The notes: generated by a model not told the origin, from the letters alone. A stretch of 64,000 nt of DNA from Nageia nagi (GCA_050084985.1 JBITNC010000001.1:148366001-148430000); one strand, 5' to 3'. Positions 13,814 through 28,097 are shown, counted from the stretch's first letter. Made by a program: numbers and translations.

Positions 13814-14312
13814 TGAAAGAATTGAACTATAATATGAACAACTCTAAAATCCCAAGATCACATGAAAGCTCGAACTAACATCAAGATAACTTAAGAAGAC
13901 AATCTCACAAAGATAATTCAAGATGTAACTATTTCCTCCAACTAGGTGTACATCCACTAACTAGATCTCACTTCATTCATAGATATGAACTCTTACAAAT
14001 CTCCTAATCTCATCTCCTAAACACTATCCTATAGCATAAATTTACTCCACAAATAGGTGTATGATCCAAAGAGGAAGTTTTTTATTTATAGGCCAAAATT
14101 CCTCTTTGGATCACCCTTTTATCTAATGTACAAAAGCATGACATACACATCCTTTTACCCAAGGGGCATGCTCATGACATGGAGTGTATGATAAGTTATA
14201 TTATAATATTCACTTAAATATTTAAGGTACTAAATGATACCCTTAAGTATTAATAAACTTACATAGAAGATTATTATAAAACCTTTACAATAATGTATTA
14301 TAAATTCCAACA
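13814..14312 (-). repeat. Copia 3' LTR
   Basis: TG...CA, 499 bp, direct repeat of 21754-22252. Confidence 0.93.
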
Positions 14313-15059
14313 CTCTCCTTTAATGCAACATTGGGATAGAGTGAATAAGAGAGAAGAAGAAGAGAAAGTAAAAGAGTTCTCCTCCAAATAGATACAACAA
14401 GAGATGAGAACTTTTTACATATGTGTAAAGTAAGCAAGATCTAGTTTGAGACTCACTCCTTTTCCAAATACAATCATTAATCATAATCAATTTCAATGTA
14501 CATGAAGTAGTCATCCAACTGAAAATCATGAAGAGTCTCCAAGAGCCTACATACACAAAGTAAGTAACTTACAATCTCAAAGGAACTTACAAGCCATAAG
14601 TAGCTCAAATAATAAGATTAGTTAGATGCAACATATTCATATCAACAAGGATATATTAAGCACACAAATGCCATCATGAACTAATCAATAATACACTATA
14701 AGTTATCACAAAGATGCCAAGCCAAAACTCATAGTAACCTATTGTATATAAAACATGTGTTAATTATCATTACAAAATAGAGCATGCACATATGAGTTCC
14801 TCACATATGGATAACTGAATAGTGTCAAAAAACATATAAGAATTCCTCACACATGGATAACTAAATAGTGCTAGATTGGCCAATCTTTTTGTTTTAAAAA
14901 TTTGTACAAGTTCCTCATGCAGAGTGAACTTACCATGAAGGTGTACAATAAAATTAACACTATACAGCATAAAATCCTTCTAGGGTGAAATTATCATCAT
15001 AAACATGAATTAAACATAAGAATTCAAACTTCACTCCCCCTTAAGGGAAACTTCACCAA

Positions 15060-18000
15060 CCCGATAGCATCCCTAAGCTTACAAAATTAAGCTTTTGAGA
15101 GTGGCTTGGTAAACAAATCAATAGAGTTCAAGGTGGATGGATAATACTCTAGGTGTATGATGCTATCAAGAAACTTCTCTCTAATAAAATATGCATGGAT
15201 TTTCACATGTTTTATTCTCTAATGGAACATAAGATTCTTAACCAAAGAAATCATCGATTGATTATCTAAAGAAATCAAAGACTAGCCACCTTGCCATACC
15301 TAATTTCTTTTAGAATATGCCTTAGCCAAATGGCTTCCTAGATTGCAACAGACATGGCATGGTATTCAGCTTCTATGGTGGAAAGAAAAAAGTAGGTTGC
15401 TTCTTAAAATTCCAAGAGATAGCACCTGAACCAATGCTAAACACATACATAGACATTGATTTCTTATCATCTCTATCTCCCCCATAGTCAGAATGTAAGA
15501 ATCTAGAGAGAATAAATGAGGGTAACTTAGAAGCTTGAGAGCAAGATCCTTAGTCCTTACAACATAATTTTAAATTTGCTTAACAGCATTAAGGTGCTCA
15601 AAAAAAGATTTTTGCATGAATCGTACCATTAGATTCACTACAAAGGTAATATCTAGCTTAGATATAGTCAAATATAAAATACTCCTAATTAATTTCTTGT
15701 AAGTTGTAGCATTAGCCAACTGAGAGTTAGAGTTCAAAGAAATAGTGATTCCAAGAGCAATTAGGATCATAGCATATCTACACTCCTCCATTCCAAACTT
15801 CTACAAGATATCTGATATATACTTAGATTGGTTGAAATAAGTACAATCCTTATATTGATACACTTGCATTCTAAAATAGTAGTACAAGAAACCAAGATTA
15901 GTCATTTAAAATATTATCTTAGGTTTGGATATGCACTCTTGAATGATTTCTTCATTGTTCCTAGTTATAAGAAGATCATCCACATAAAGGAGAATCAAGA
16001 CCATATTTTTTTCTTGATTGAGCACATATAGATCGGAGTTAGAAAAACACTTAGAGAATCTAATGTATGTAAAGTATCCTAAAATCTTCTTGTACCAGGC
16101 CCTAGGTTCTTGCTTAAGTCCATATAATGACTTCTTTAACTTGCACACAAAGGACTTTTTACCTTCCATAATGAACCCTTCTAGTTGATTCATGAAAATT
16201 TCCACATCTAAGTCACAATTGAAAAATGCACTCTTGACATCAAGTTGAAAAATATTCCATCTTTGAGTTGTATAAAGAGCAAGGATAATTCTCACAGTAG
16301 GCATCTTTACCATGGGAGCAAAGGTTTTCTCATAATCTACATCGTATTTCTAAGCAAAACCTTTGGGTACTAACCTTGCCTTGTATTTCTCAATATCTCC
16401 AATAGAATTGAACTTGACCTTGAAGATCCACTTATTTCTAATCACATTCTTCTCATTGGGATAAGGAACTAAATTCCAAGTTTCATTTTTCATAAGCACC
16501 TCATACTCCACTTTCATGGCTTCCATCCAACACTCATGCTTAGAAGCTTCTTTGAAGGTTGAGGGCTCATGCTTGTTGTTAATCTTAGAAAATAAGGATT
16601 TGTTTAAGTTCATGTTCCTTATTACTCTTTGTGTTGGAGAATTTTGTTCTTAAAATGACTTGTCTAGATCAATATCTAACCAGCTAGGTGCAACTAAAGA
16701 GTCCTTTGGATCATCAACATCCTCATTAGAAGCATATTCTTTAGGAAGTTCATTGAACTTTATAACCTTTGAAATAAACATGACTTTGTAGGGTAGAAAG
16801 AAGAGCCTATAGCCTTTATGCTAACTGTCATAACCTATAAAGATGCATTTTTTAGCCCTTTTATCTAACTTCTTTCTTTTCTCAAAAATAATGTAGGATA
16901 ATGCTTCATAATAAAACAGCTTAAGGTGAGAAATGTTAGGTTTTCTTCTTGGCCATGCCTAAAAATGATTTTTACCCTAAAAAAATTTTATGGGATACCT
17001 ATTCAAGGTGTAAATAGCAATGCTCATAGGTTCACCCCATAAGCAACTAGGAAGATTACCCAACATGCATCTAACCATCTCCATAGTTATCCTATTTTTC
17101 CTTTCAGTAACACTATTCTACTAAGGAGTGTAAGGAATCATAAATTACCTCTTGATTCTATACTTAGCATAATAGTCATTGAACTTGTTGTTGTTATATT
17201 CTTCTTCATTATCTAATCTCAACATCTTAATTTTAAGATTAGTTTGATTCTCAACAAAGATCTTAAAAACCTTAAAACTCTTAAAGGTTTAATTCTTGTT
17301 CTCAAGTAGATACCCAAAGGTCATTTTAATAAATTCATCAATGAAGGTCAAGACATAAGATGCTCCTCCAAGTAACTTAGTCTAAAATGGACCCATTAAA
17401 TCTGAATGCACAAGTTGAAGAGGTTGAGATGCTCTTGTTACTTTATCTTTTTCAAACTTTGTCTATGCATCTTGCCAAGAATGCACTTCTCACATAGACC
17501 AATCAAAAGAGAAATTTAAGGAAAACTTTCCACAAGTTCTTGGTCTTTAATGATTTGAATACTTTTATGGTTAAGGTGCCCTAAACATTAGTGCCAAAGA
17601 TTGCCTCTAGAACACACACTTATAGCAAGACACATCTTTGTTGGAATTTGATCCACAATGTAGAGATCATATTTTATTGACCTTTTAACCAACATGGCAA
17701 GTCCTTTCTTAATGCACTAGGATTGAGATTCAAACTCAAAAGAGTATCCTTTCTAGCAACTTGGATCATAGAAATAAGATTCATCTTAAGCTTAGGAACA
17801 TAAAGCACATTATCAAGAACCTTCCAATGAATCTACTTTTAATTATTTGGATGTCAAAGGTAGAGTTATCACCTATCACAACCATATCTTTTTTATACTT
17901 ATGAAAGTTCTCAAATTTTTCCTTTTTAAAGCATATGTGATTAGTGCAACTCAAGTCAACAATCCAATCAAATGAAAAAATGCAAGACATGGAGTAGAGT

Positions 18001-18946
18001 GTCACAGCAAAACCAGCTTGAATATTCTTCTTTTTTTTTAAGTTATTTACATTTGCATTGCCTTTATTCTTTTTCTCTCTTTTTTTGTAGTAATCAAATT
18101 CTTTATGACATTATATGCCATAATAGTTACAATTATCATCAAACTTTTCCTTAGGATATGGATTGTTTGCTTTACCTTTTTCATTTTTTTACTTGAAGTG
18201 GTTATTATTATCGTTATTCCTACTGCTATTGTTGTTGTTCCTATTGTTGCCATTATTATTGCTGCTATTGTTACCATTACCTCTTTTTTCAAACCTTTTG
18301 GAAGAAGAAAGATAAGATTTCATTTGATGGTTGAACTTCTTTTTAAAAGGAGTTTTGGTTGCTTCAAGAGCAATGTTATTATTTTTAAGAGAAAAAATCA
18401 ACACCTTTTTCTTAAAGGTTTTCTCATGCTTCAAAAGGAGCTTAGAAAGGTTCTCAAGGGAGAATACTTCTTATTCATAATCAAACCTTGTTTCTAGAAC
18501 TATCATAATGTTTCCAAACTTTGAAGAAAGGTTTTGAAGAACGATGAAGACCATGAATTCATCATTGATCCAATTGCACCTATAAGTAACAAGTTAGGTC
18601 CTTAGGTCAATAATTTTATTCAAGTAGATGGAAACATTTTCATCTTCCCCTTGACAAGATTGAAAAACTTTTGGAGAATGGTAAACCTTCTTGGAAAACT
18701 TTGAACCAAGGTAGATTTGCTTAAGCTTATCCCAAGCTTCCTTTATCAAGGTTGAAGAGAAAATCATTAGGAGCACATCATTTCAAACTTGTAAGCCTCT
18801 AGTGCCTTCTTAGCTGTAGGAGGTACAAGGTTCTCATTCACTATTTGCCAAAGCTTCCTTACCTGCAACTCAGCTCTCATGCGAGGTTCTTAAATCCCAA
18901 AGTTGAAACCATTAAGAATGTGTTTGGGTAAAAAGGAGTCTCCCAT
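15060..18946 (-). pseudogene. Decayed Copia gag-pol
   Basis: RT motifs (YKARLVPKGF, QLDVKSAF, LKKSLYGLKQEPRAWY, LYVDDLL), protease (WIVDLSCTNHIC) and an Asn-rich gag linker at 18190-18290. Multiple stops. Confidence 0.9.
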
Positions 18947-21738
18947 TTGCTACATAAACATGTGAAAAAGTAATTAGCATGTGGTTCAATAAATAACATT
19001 ATATGTTAAATTTTAACCAAGTAAATAATACATGTTAAATTTAACACTAAAGACATGTTTGATTTGATTCACAAGTGCAATTATTTTACAACTCAAATAA
19101 TAACCCATGTACCCAAATACATTTCTCATCTTAAGAATCGTATATGTAGAGTGACATTGTTGAGATTTGTTTTTTTGTTTTAAAATTAAGCCTTCACCTG
19201 GATGCCCACATAAGAGGAGCCCAAGTACTACAAATCCTCAACCAAGTCATCGTGGTCAGTATTATACTTTCTCACAAGGAGAATTACCTACTATTTTCTA
19301 AGGTTATGACATTTATTGGATGGGCCAAATTATTAATCTTGATTAGGTTTTAAGTTGTCCACCTAGGTTATCAGGATAATCCCTAAATGAATGTGTGAAC
19401 ATGTGGTATCACTACACATAAGCCTATCCATCTATTGGAGTTATGTCCAGACCAATAGAGGAATTAAAGGTAATTGAGAAGTACAAACTTTTCACCATTT
19501 AGATCGTCAAACTTAAAGGCTCTAGTCCACCTGTTCTCACCTCATGCCTCTCTAAACAAGTCATGTTGTAGAATGTACATGCAGATGTGTTCATTTTAGG
19601 GGGTTGCTTATTCAATGTTTGTGTTTTTATTTTGCATAAGTAAAAAAAAAAATCAAATTACAAAATATGAAATAGAAAAGCTAAAATTAAACATCATCCA
19701 TTCATAACTTGGAACCTAAGAGTCCAATGGGTTTTGTTTACTAACCCCTAAAGGACATCTTTATATAGGTCCATAAATTTGCACAAGTTAACTTTGCAAG
19801 AAATAATACTTAAGCATAAGCATGCATCATTTTCATAATTACACAAGTCCATCTTTGCATAAGGATTTTATCAAAAATAAATACTTTTAAAAAACTAAGT
19901 AATAGACATGCAACTTTGTCATAAGGATCTAACAATTTTAAGTAAAAAATTCATAAAATTTTCCCCCTTTTTACTACTTATAAAAATAATCCCTTAAAAA
20001 ATAGCATTAGTAAAAAAAAAACTCTATTACTTACGTAATATGAGAATGCTAATTTAGCTATGTTGAATCTTTATAAGTACTAAAGAAATTCAAGTAGCTA
20101 ATTTATGATCTCTCAAAATTGTCTCCCTTTTGTTAAGGCCAAAAAACTTTCAAAGTACTTAAACCTTGAATAATAACACTTAATAAGTACTATCACTATG
20201 TTAAAGCAACATAATGCCTATATGTTTAAGTATTTCAAGTAAATTGCTAACAAGGTCTAAAAAATTACCTTGAATAATAAAGTTCATTTTACGCTTCCTA
20301 AGGTAATTATTGATGGACAAGATCATAGTCATGAAAAAATAAAGCTTGAGTATATGTTTTGCAAAGAATTAAAGTTTCTAGGTGCATTAAATAAAAAAGT
20401 GACTTGCAAGCAACTTGAAAATAAATGCACTAGTCAGATTTTTTAAAAAAATATATACTTTTGGCCAGAAGAAAAAAAAGGAGGTAGATAGAAAAAAATG
20501 GCTAAAAGTAGACTAGGGGGCACACAAGAGAGAAGCATATGGACCTACCAACTGAAGAGGGGTGAGCTTCATGGAGAGAGTCAAGTGGAGGTAGCCAATA
20601 GAGGGTGGAGGTAGCCAATATAGGGTGGAGTTAGTTGGCACACAAATAGATTAGGTCAAGTGGCTGGTAATAGAGGGAAGATAAGGTGGCAGGGGGAAGA
20701 TTAGGTGGCAATGAGAGTGTATCACCACATAGAGAGGAGAGGAGAGCAGTCAATCCTAGGATACCAGGGGAGAAGTTACAAAGGGAGCATGGGCAAATCA
20801 AAGGATTAAACTTTGCAACCTCTGGAGTAACACCAAGGGACCTCTACATAATGGAGGTGGGGCTATGGAGGGAATTGGGTGAGTGAGGTCTAACATTATG
20901 TACACATTACCATTGTCCAAAAATGAATGTAGATCAATTAAGATCTTAACACATCATTCTTGATAAAAAGCATTGAGGTCCCCTGTTCGAATCGTAATGA
21001 GAGGTGGGTAGATTGTAAAAAAATGAACAATTATCAGTATTGTGTTTTCCCAAACACAAAGTAATAAAAAATACAACACATGTTTTGCAACTATGCATGT
21101 CATTCAAAATAACAAAGTTCAACGGTTAACCAGATTTCTCCCCAGTACAAATGTTTTTTCAAAAAATCACTTCTAGCTTAATGGTAATAAGTCAATATTA
21201 GTAGTTCATTTTTAAGACCAGTTCCAGTTGCTAGATCTATCCTATTTTATTTCAAAAAACAAATGTATATTATGTGGAAGTAAAAAAAATTGTGAAAAAA
21301 TATAAGAATACATTTTTGTACATAATCAAAAAATATCAATATATTTTTTATTTCAAATTATAGTAATGTATTAACATCTTTTGAAACTAATAAAAAGTTA
21401 TTAGAAGATTGCATTATCATATATTGCTAAATTTAAGCATTTTTTTGTTTTGAAAAAAATGCAAATTTTTATTTATTATCCTCTAAAATAGTATTGTAAA
21501 AAAAATATAAGAGGTTAGTATAAAAAAATTCATTATATTGCTATTTGTTATTATATTTTCAAAAAAGAAGCTAACACACCTCATAAAAAAAGTTAGTATT
21601 CTTAATGAAAAAAAATAACCAAGAAGGAAGAGATTTATACCTTCTCTTGTGTATACCTCAAACAAGAAAAGTAAACCTTACAAGATGATGAAGAAGGATG
21701 GAGAACCTCCAAGGTGTTGAAGAAAAGCTTCCACACTA

Positions 21739-21751
21739 GGCTCTGATACCA
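21739..21751 (-). promoter_or_regulatory. Primer-binding site (tRNA-iMet)
   Basis: Plus ggctctgatacca = minus TGGTATCAGAGCC, 2 bp from the LTR. Confidence 0.9.
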
Positions 21752-21753
21752 AA

Positions 21754-22252
21754 TGAAAGAATTGAACTATAACATGAATAACTCTAAACTCTGAAGATCA
21801 CATGAAAGCTCATACTAACATCAAGATAACTTAAAAAGACAATCTCACAAAGATAACTCAAGATGTAAGTGGTTCCTCCAACTAGGAGTACATCCACTGA
21901 CTAAATCTCACTTCATTCACAAATATGAACTCTTACAAATCTCCTAATCTCATCTCCTAAACACTATCCTATAGCATAAATTTACTCCACAAATAGTTGT
22001 ATGATCCAAAGAGGAAGTTTTTTATTTATAGGCCAAAATTCCTCTTTGGATCACCCTTTTATCCAATGTACAAAAGCATGACATACACATCCTTTTACCC
22101 AAGGGGCATGCTCATGACATGGAGTGTATGATAAGTTACATTATAATATTCACTTAAATACTTAAGGTACTAAATGATACCCTTAAGTATTAATAAACTC
22201 ACATAGAATATTATTACAAAACCTTTACAATAATGTATTATACATTCCAATA
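21754..22252 (-). repeat. Copia 5' LTR
   Basis: TG...TA (CA mutated), 499 bp. Confidence 0.93.
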
Positions 22253-22257
22253 GACCA

Positions 22258-22895
22258 CCTGGCATAGAAAGAAAATCGAAGTCCAATTATTTAACCAACA
22301 TCCAAATCAATATAGAATTAGAAGAACCTTAACATTGCAAACAAGATATTCTTTTACAAAATGTAACCTTCCCACTATTTCCATTTCAAACAATTGTGAT
22401 TCAATTATCATCTTTGTAAATCCAATAAAAATTACAAAAATTAGTGATAAAAACTTGCTTGCAAAAGAAAATATTTGTGTTAAAGCCACAATTTTCAAAC
22501 TACACCTTGAGAAGTTTTATTATCCTTCTTGCCCTCAATTTGTAACAGGAAAAAAATGTAAGAAATAAGTTATAAAAAAATGGAATAATATGTTTCAATG
22601 TACAAAATGTTTGGTTGAACTCATTAAATGTGACTTCAACTACACATTAAAGATGAACATTCAAGATGAGACAGGTGATCTTCAAAAAGTAATAGCATTC
22701 GAAGGGCTATTCAATGCATTGCTAGGTGTTGCTACAAAATATTTGCAACTACTGTTAGCAAAACTTGATGTTGTACAAGATATTTTTTTCAAATTTTTCA
22801 ATTATGAGTTCTTGATGCAAATTTCCATCACTATGAATCATTTCTCTATGCAAGATATGAAAAATTATGTGATTACAGCCATTAGGGAAGTTTAA
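22258..22895 (+). pseudogene. RPA1: RPA70-like pseudogene, part 3 (end of DBD-B and zinc-finger DBD-C)
   Basis: ICVKATIFKLHLEKFYYPSCPQFVTGKKCKK*VI..MFQCTKC..CDFNYTLKMNIQDETG..AFE..LLGV matches the RPA70 C-terminal Zn/OB domain. In frame with part 2 once the Copia is removed. Confidence 0.85.
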
Positions 22896-23009
22896 TTTTA
22901 TGTTTGTAATGAATTCTATGTTTAGAATAAGTTTTTGGAATAAACATTATGTATATCTCTAACTATTGAATGCAACATAATGATATATACAAGCTTCATA
23001 TTTTGCCAT

Positions 23010-26000
23010 GTTATTAGTGCATTTGAAACTAAAATAATACTTATCCCCACTCTATAAGTACATTTTGATCCATCAGAATACAAATTCAAGGTTGTAGATT
23101 CATATTGCATGTAGCACACAAACTCATCTAATATCTCCATCTCTTCCCCATCACATCATTGATAGCATTTAGGAAGGATTTCACATTGTTGGTAGCATGC
23201 ATCTTCATCATGTTCATCTAGAAATTCTTCATGCACCATTGTACCATCATTCTGAGGGAATTCTACTAATAAGTCTACAATTAGCAATCCTTTCAAAAAT
23301 TTTTGCTTTACCACATTGATATCAAATTCTTATAAGAACATCAACCACTTAGCTACCCTTCTTAATAAATGTTGCTTTGCTACAAGATATTTCAGTGGGT
23401 TAACTAGGCTAACAACATGTGTAGTGCAATATAAAAGATAATGCCTTAGTTTTTATATAGAAAAAATAATACCAAAGAAAAGATTTTCTATAAATGTTTA
23501 TCTTATTTCATATTCAATAAGAGTTTTGCTAATATAATATATTGCCCTTTTTTTATTCTCATCATCTTTCTAACACAACATTTCCCCCAAGGCATACAAA
23601 GTGGTTGATATAAAAAAATATGTTGGCTTTTCAAAATCCATGGGCACTAAGATGGGATGATTTAGCAAATATTTTTTATTTCCTCAAATGCTTTTTGATA
23701 TTTATCATCCCATACAAATTTGACATCCTTTTTCAGCAAATGAGTAAATGGCCTACATTTATCCCCAAGCTGAGAGATGAACCTTCATATTGAATTTATC
23801 TTTCCTTGAAGACTTCTTAGTTGTTTGAGATTCCTTGGAGTTGACATACTCAATATGACTTCTACCTTTTTAATATCCACCTTAATACCCCTTTTTGAGA
23901 ACATAAAACTAAGCAAATTTCTTGAAGTAATACCAAAAGTACATTTTTGAGGTTTTAGTATAAGCTTGTACCTTTTGAGAATGTGAAATACCTCTTCAAG
24001 GAGCTCTAAATGGTCTTGGCCTTTATTTGGTTTGACCAAAATATCAACATACACCTCCACTAATTTATGAATATTCTCATGAAACATAAACACCATAGCA
24101 CTTTGGTAGGTAGTATCTGTTCCAACACATATTTCCCTAAGATGTACTAAAAGCAATCTTATGTTGATTAATCAGAATGATTAGAATTTGATTATATCTT
24201 GAAAATTCATCCATAGAATACGAAGTATCATGAAAAATAATACTATCCATAATCATATTAATATTAGGTAGTGGAAAATCATCCTTTGGACAAGCATTAT
24301 TGATATCACAAAAATTAGTACAAACCATTATCTCTCTAGTAGGTTTTGTAATAAGAATAATTTTAGCCATCCATTTTGAATAATCAACTGGTTTAATGAA
24401 TCTAGCATTCAAGTACTTTTTAATTTCTTTTTTTACTAATAATACCTTAGAAGGTTGCATCTTTCTTGATTTTTGTTTAATTGGTTTGGTCTCTTCTTTT
24501 AGTGGTAAATTATGCATAACAAAAGAAGGATCTAAACTAGGCATATCAGCATAGGACCAAGAATTTTTTTTAAATTTTTTATAAGTTTATTTTTTTACCT
24601 TTCTTGTTGAGGTGTTGGAAGGGATGCTCCAACTTTGACCAAACTTTGCTCATCACTAGTCCTAATATTAACATCTACTAACTCTTTAATCAAGAATGTT
24701 AATTCATCCTTTTTGTGTAATAATAAAGGTAGCTCTTCTAATCCTTGAATATCACCTGAATCATCATCTCCTTGTTGAACCTAAAATATTTCATTAAAAT
24801 TCAATTCTTGTCCAAAATATGCATTAAAAATTTAACTTGTTTTTTATTTCTCATTAGATCTAGGCAATTCTAATTGTGCCCTCAAGTATTTTAAGATATC
24901 ATGATCAATATTGAAGTAATCAAACTCAAGTGGTATAATATCATCAAGTCCTAAATCTTCATCGATATCATCAAAAAGCTCAATCAAATTGCATTATTTT
25001 ATAAACTTGATAGGTCCCATTGTTTGCTTTGTATTATGATCACTACTTAATACATTCTTAGTTTTCTGAGCTCCTAAAGTAGTAGGAAAAGAAGACATAC
25101 CATATTTTGATTTTCCTAAACCCCCTCCTTTATATTTTTAATTTTTATTCATGTATTTATAAAAAAAAGGATATGGAAATATTTTACCCATTATATTCAT
25201 TATTTGATCTACCATTGAGGCTACTATGTTCAATGATATCATTGTTACAGAGCAAGAACCCCCATCATTTTCATGTCGTTGACTACATTCAAGCAATATA
25301 GCATGTTGCTGATGGCCTTCAACACTGAGTAATTTTTGTCATCCCAAATATTTTATAGATGTTAATGATCAAAGTTCTCAAATCTATATGTTTCCATTCA
25401 TGCCTTTGCAATCTAAGGTTGCTTTTTTGGTTTTACCACTATTACACCTATTTCCAAAGGTACAATCTCATATCTAGGATAAGTAATTATGAATTACTCC
25501 ATATCTACTACAATACATAAGGCATATGGTTCTAAATCACCTATTACTATATGTACCTTACCTTGATATTCAAATTTCAACCTTCCATGTACTGTAGATG
25601 GTACTGCATTCATATCATGAATCCAAGGTCTTCCTAATAATAGGTTATATGACAACTTTGAATCCACAACCTAGAATTGAGTTTCAACTTTCTTGAATCC
25701 TATTGTAACCAAAATTGTACCTATTCCCACTAGTTTTTTTTATGAACTATCATTTTCTCTAATTCGAAATGTGGCTTCTTCTAAGAGAGGTATCTCTATA
25801 CCTTTTCTTGAAGTTGTGTCAAAAATTTATGGGAACACACATTAATAGGTAATCTATTACCCACCAATATTCTTTTTATTTCCCATCCCTTTATCATAGG
25901 TGTGATATACAAAGTTAAACATTCAGCAAGGAGTTCCTTGCTAAGCTTATTAAATTTATAAAATGAAATTGCATCACATTCCTTGATAGATCTTAAGTTT

Positions 26001-28097
26001 TTCTGAAAATATGGTAGCAAACATATTAGTAGGGACTGTTTCTTTTTTGAACAAAGTATATAATATCTTTTTATGTGTTTTAGATGTAGATATGAGATCA
26101 TACAAACTAATCTTAGCAGGAGTAGTTTTTAATTTTTCAATCATACTATAAGTTTTTAGATCAAGTGGGACACTTACTTATTCAATAGTACCCAAATTTA
26201 GAATGTTCCTTAGATGCACCCTTCTTAATCTAGCATAAACTTATTTATCCATTGAAACTATATTCATTGTACCCTTTGGATCTGAATCCTTCTGATTAAT
26301 TTTATATCTCACTTAGGTAATGAGATCCAAAATTGTATCTTCCAATGCTTTACAAAAATTTGTAGAATGACCTTTTCGTTGATGGTAAGTACAATAACCT
26401 TTGAAGTTCCCATTGGGACACTATTATCTTGTGAAGTTTTATCTAATGGATGTAATAAACCCCTTTTTCATCAGATCTCCCATAATAAACTTTGGTTGAA
26501 TTGGAAATGTATACCTTCTATCTCTTATTGTAGTTAATCTTGTCAGTTTAGGTGGAGATGCAAGTGCATCAGCCATATTCACTATCTTTTCTTCCTTTTT
26601 TTGTATTTCCTTTGATTATCTTTAGTATACTCGAGATCTCTTAACTCAAGTAAAACTTTCTCTTTTTCTAACAATTCTTTTACTAATTCCCCAAATCCAA
26701 TACTCTTATCAATTGGAGTATGTAGATTAATTATTGGTAAAATAGAATCACTAAATATACCATAAATTTCACTTTCATCCAATTTACTATGAATAGATTG
26801 TCATACCTTTTTGAATCTTGGAATATACTTCTCTATGGTTTTATTATTTCCTTGGAACATTGCATATAACTCTATGATAGTTCCTTTCTCTTTAACATTA
26901 TGCTTTTATTGACCCATGAATACCTTGACCAATGACTTGAATGAATCTATGGATCCTCATGACAAATTGTAGAACCATTGGCTAGCATCACCTTTTAAAC
27001 TTCTTAGAAAAAACTTTACCATCAACTTCTCATCCAATCCCAATTTCAACAAGCACTCCTCCTAAAAGTTAATAAGATGTTACTTTGGGTCTTGTTCACC
27101 ACTAAACATCTCAAACTTGGGGGCCTTATGATCAGATGGTAAGGGTAATTATGAATATCATCTGATAAGGATGAGGTGAAAAAGCCATCATAATCTTCCT
27201 CTTTTTGCTAGAATTTTTTGCTATTCTCAAGATTAGTTAACCTTGCACTAATTACTAGATCTAGAACTAATTATGATTTACTAATTAAACTTGAATTCAA
27301 GCCACCTATTTGTTTAGATCTTTTACTATTTTATTCAATTTAGCTATTTATGCCATGGTTTGATCCATTTTTACGTTGTTGATGGCTTGAAAATAGTATT
27401 TGCATATTGCTAATAGTGTGAGCCTTTTATAGAAGTCTTGTGAGATCTTGCTGATAGGGTAAGATTAATCGAAATAGTCAGGTTCACCAAAATGTAGACT
27501 AAAAATAATGCATAAATAATAAATCATCACAATAATTATCTACAATATATTATTGAAGCATATATCATAAATATGGTATCAAACAAACACGATAAATAAT
27601 GTACCTTCGTCATATTCTTATCCAAATGAAATAATGGAGATCATATATCAATTGCATTAAAACACTATGAGAAATGAACACTGCTAATAGCCTAAGAGCA
27701 CATTGTTAGTGATGTGAAAGATGGTGATCCACACATAAAAATTGAAATGCTTAAAAGTTGAATGAAAGGGCTTAGCGGATCTATGAGGAGGTGGTGTTAC
27801 AAAATACCTTTATCTTATCAAATCAAATGATATTGTATATGCTCTATTGATATTGACTGATATGTTTATGTTGCCTTTGATATTCTTGTCTAGAAATGTT
27901 TTTTATCCCCTTGGATTATTGGGATCATTACCTTTTACATTATTTGTGGTGTCTCTTTTGATATTTGACACCTATTACATTGTACAATGGTCCATTACAT
28001 TGCCTTGGGTATATTTTAACCCTCTTTACAATAAATATCCATTGATGCTTTAAAATGAATTATTTAAATAATAATAATTCATTTTAAGGCATCTACA
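23010..28097 (-). mobile_element. 3'-truncated Tat-clade (Ogre/Retand-like) Gypsy retrotransposon with a single 5' LTR
   Basis: RT at 23785-24544 (ACPKDDFPLPNI, EVYVDIL), RNase H at ~23250-23700 and the start of a second RNase H (LYSDGSK, ~23070). Gag/protease remnants at 25500-27150, PBS-like TGGTGAACCTGAC at ~27477-27489, LTR 27493-28097 with TGTAGA...TCTACA ends. No integrase or partner LTR seen. Confidence 0.8.

Larger units (their letters stand above)
13814..22252 (-). mobile_element. Structurally complete Ty1/Copia LTR retrotransposon (coding region decayed)
   Basis: 499-bp LTRs at 13814-14312 and 21754-22252 (26 mismatches by manual count). TSD TACCA/GACCA, tRNA-iMet PBS, PPT at ~14313-14323. 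Minus-strand gag-protease-integrase-RT-RNase H order. Confidence 0.93.

Noticed and set aside
18047-18497. Hydrophobic and low-complexity ORFs on both strands
   Set aside because: Products of the AAT/AAC-rich Copia gag linker read in other frames.
20500-20890. Purine-rich segment with a 20-bp tandem repeat and a 66-aa ORF in the Copia leader as captured gene
   Set aside because: No recognisable protein motif on either strand.
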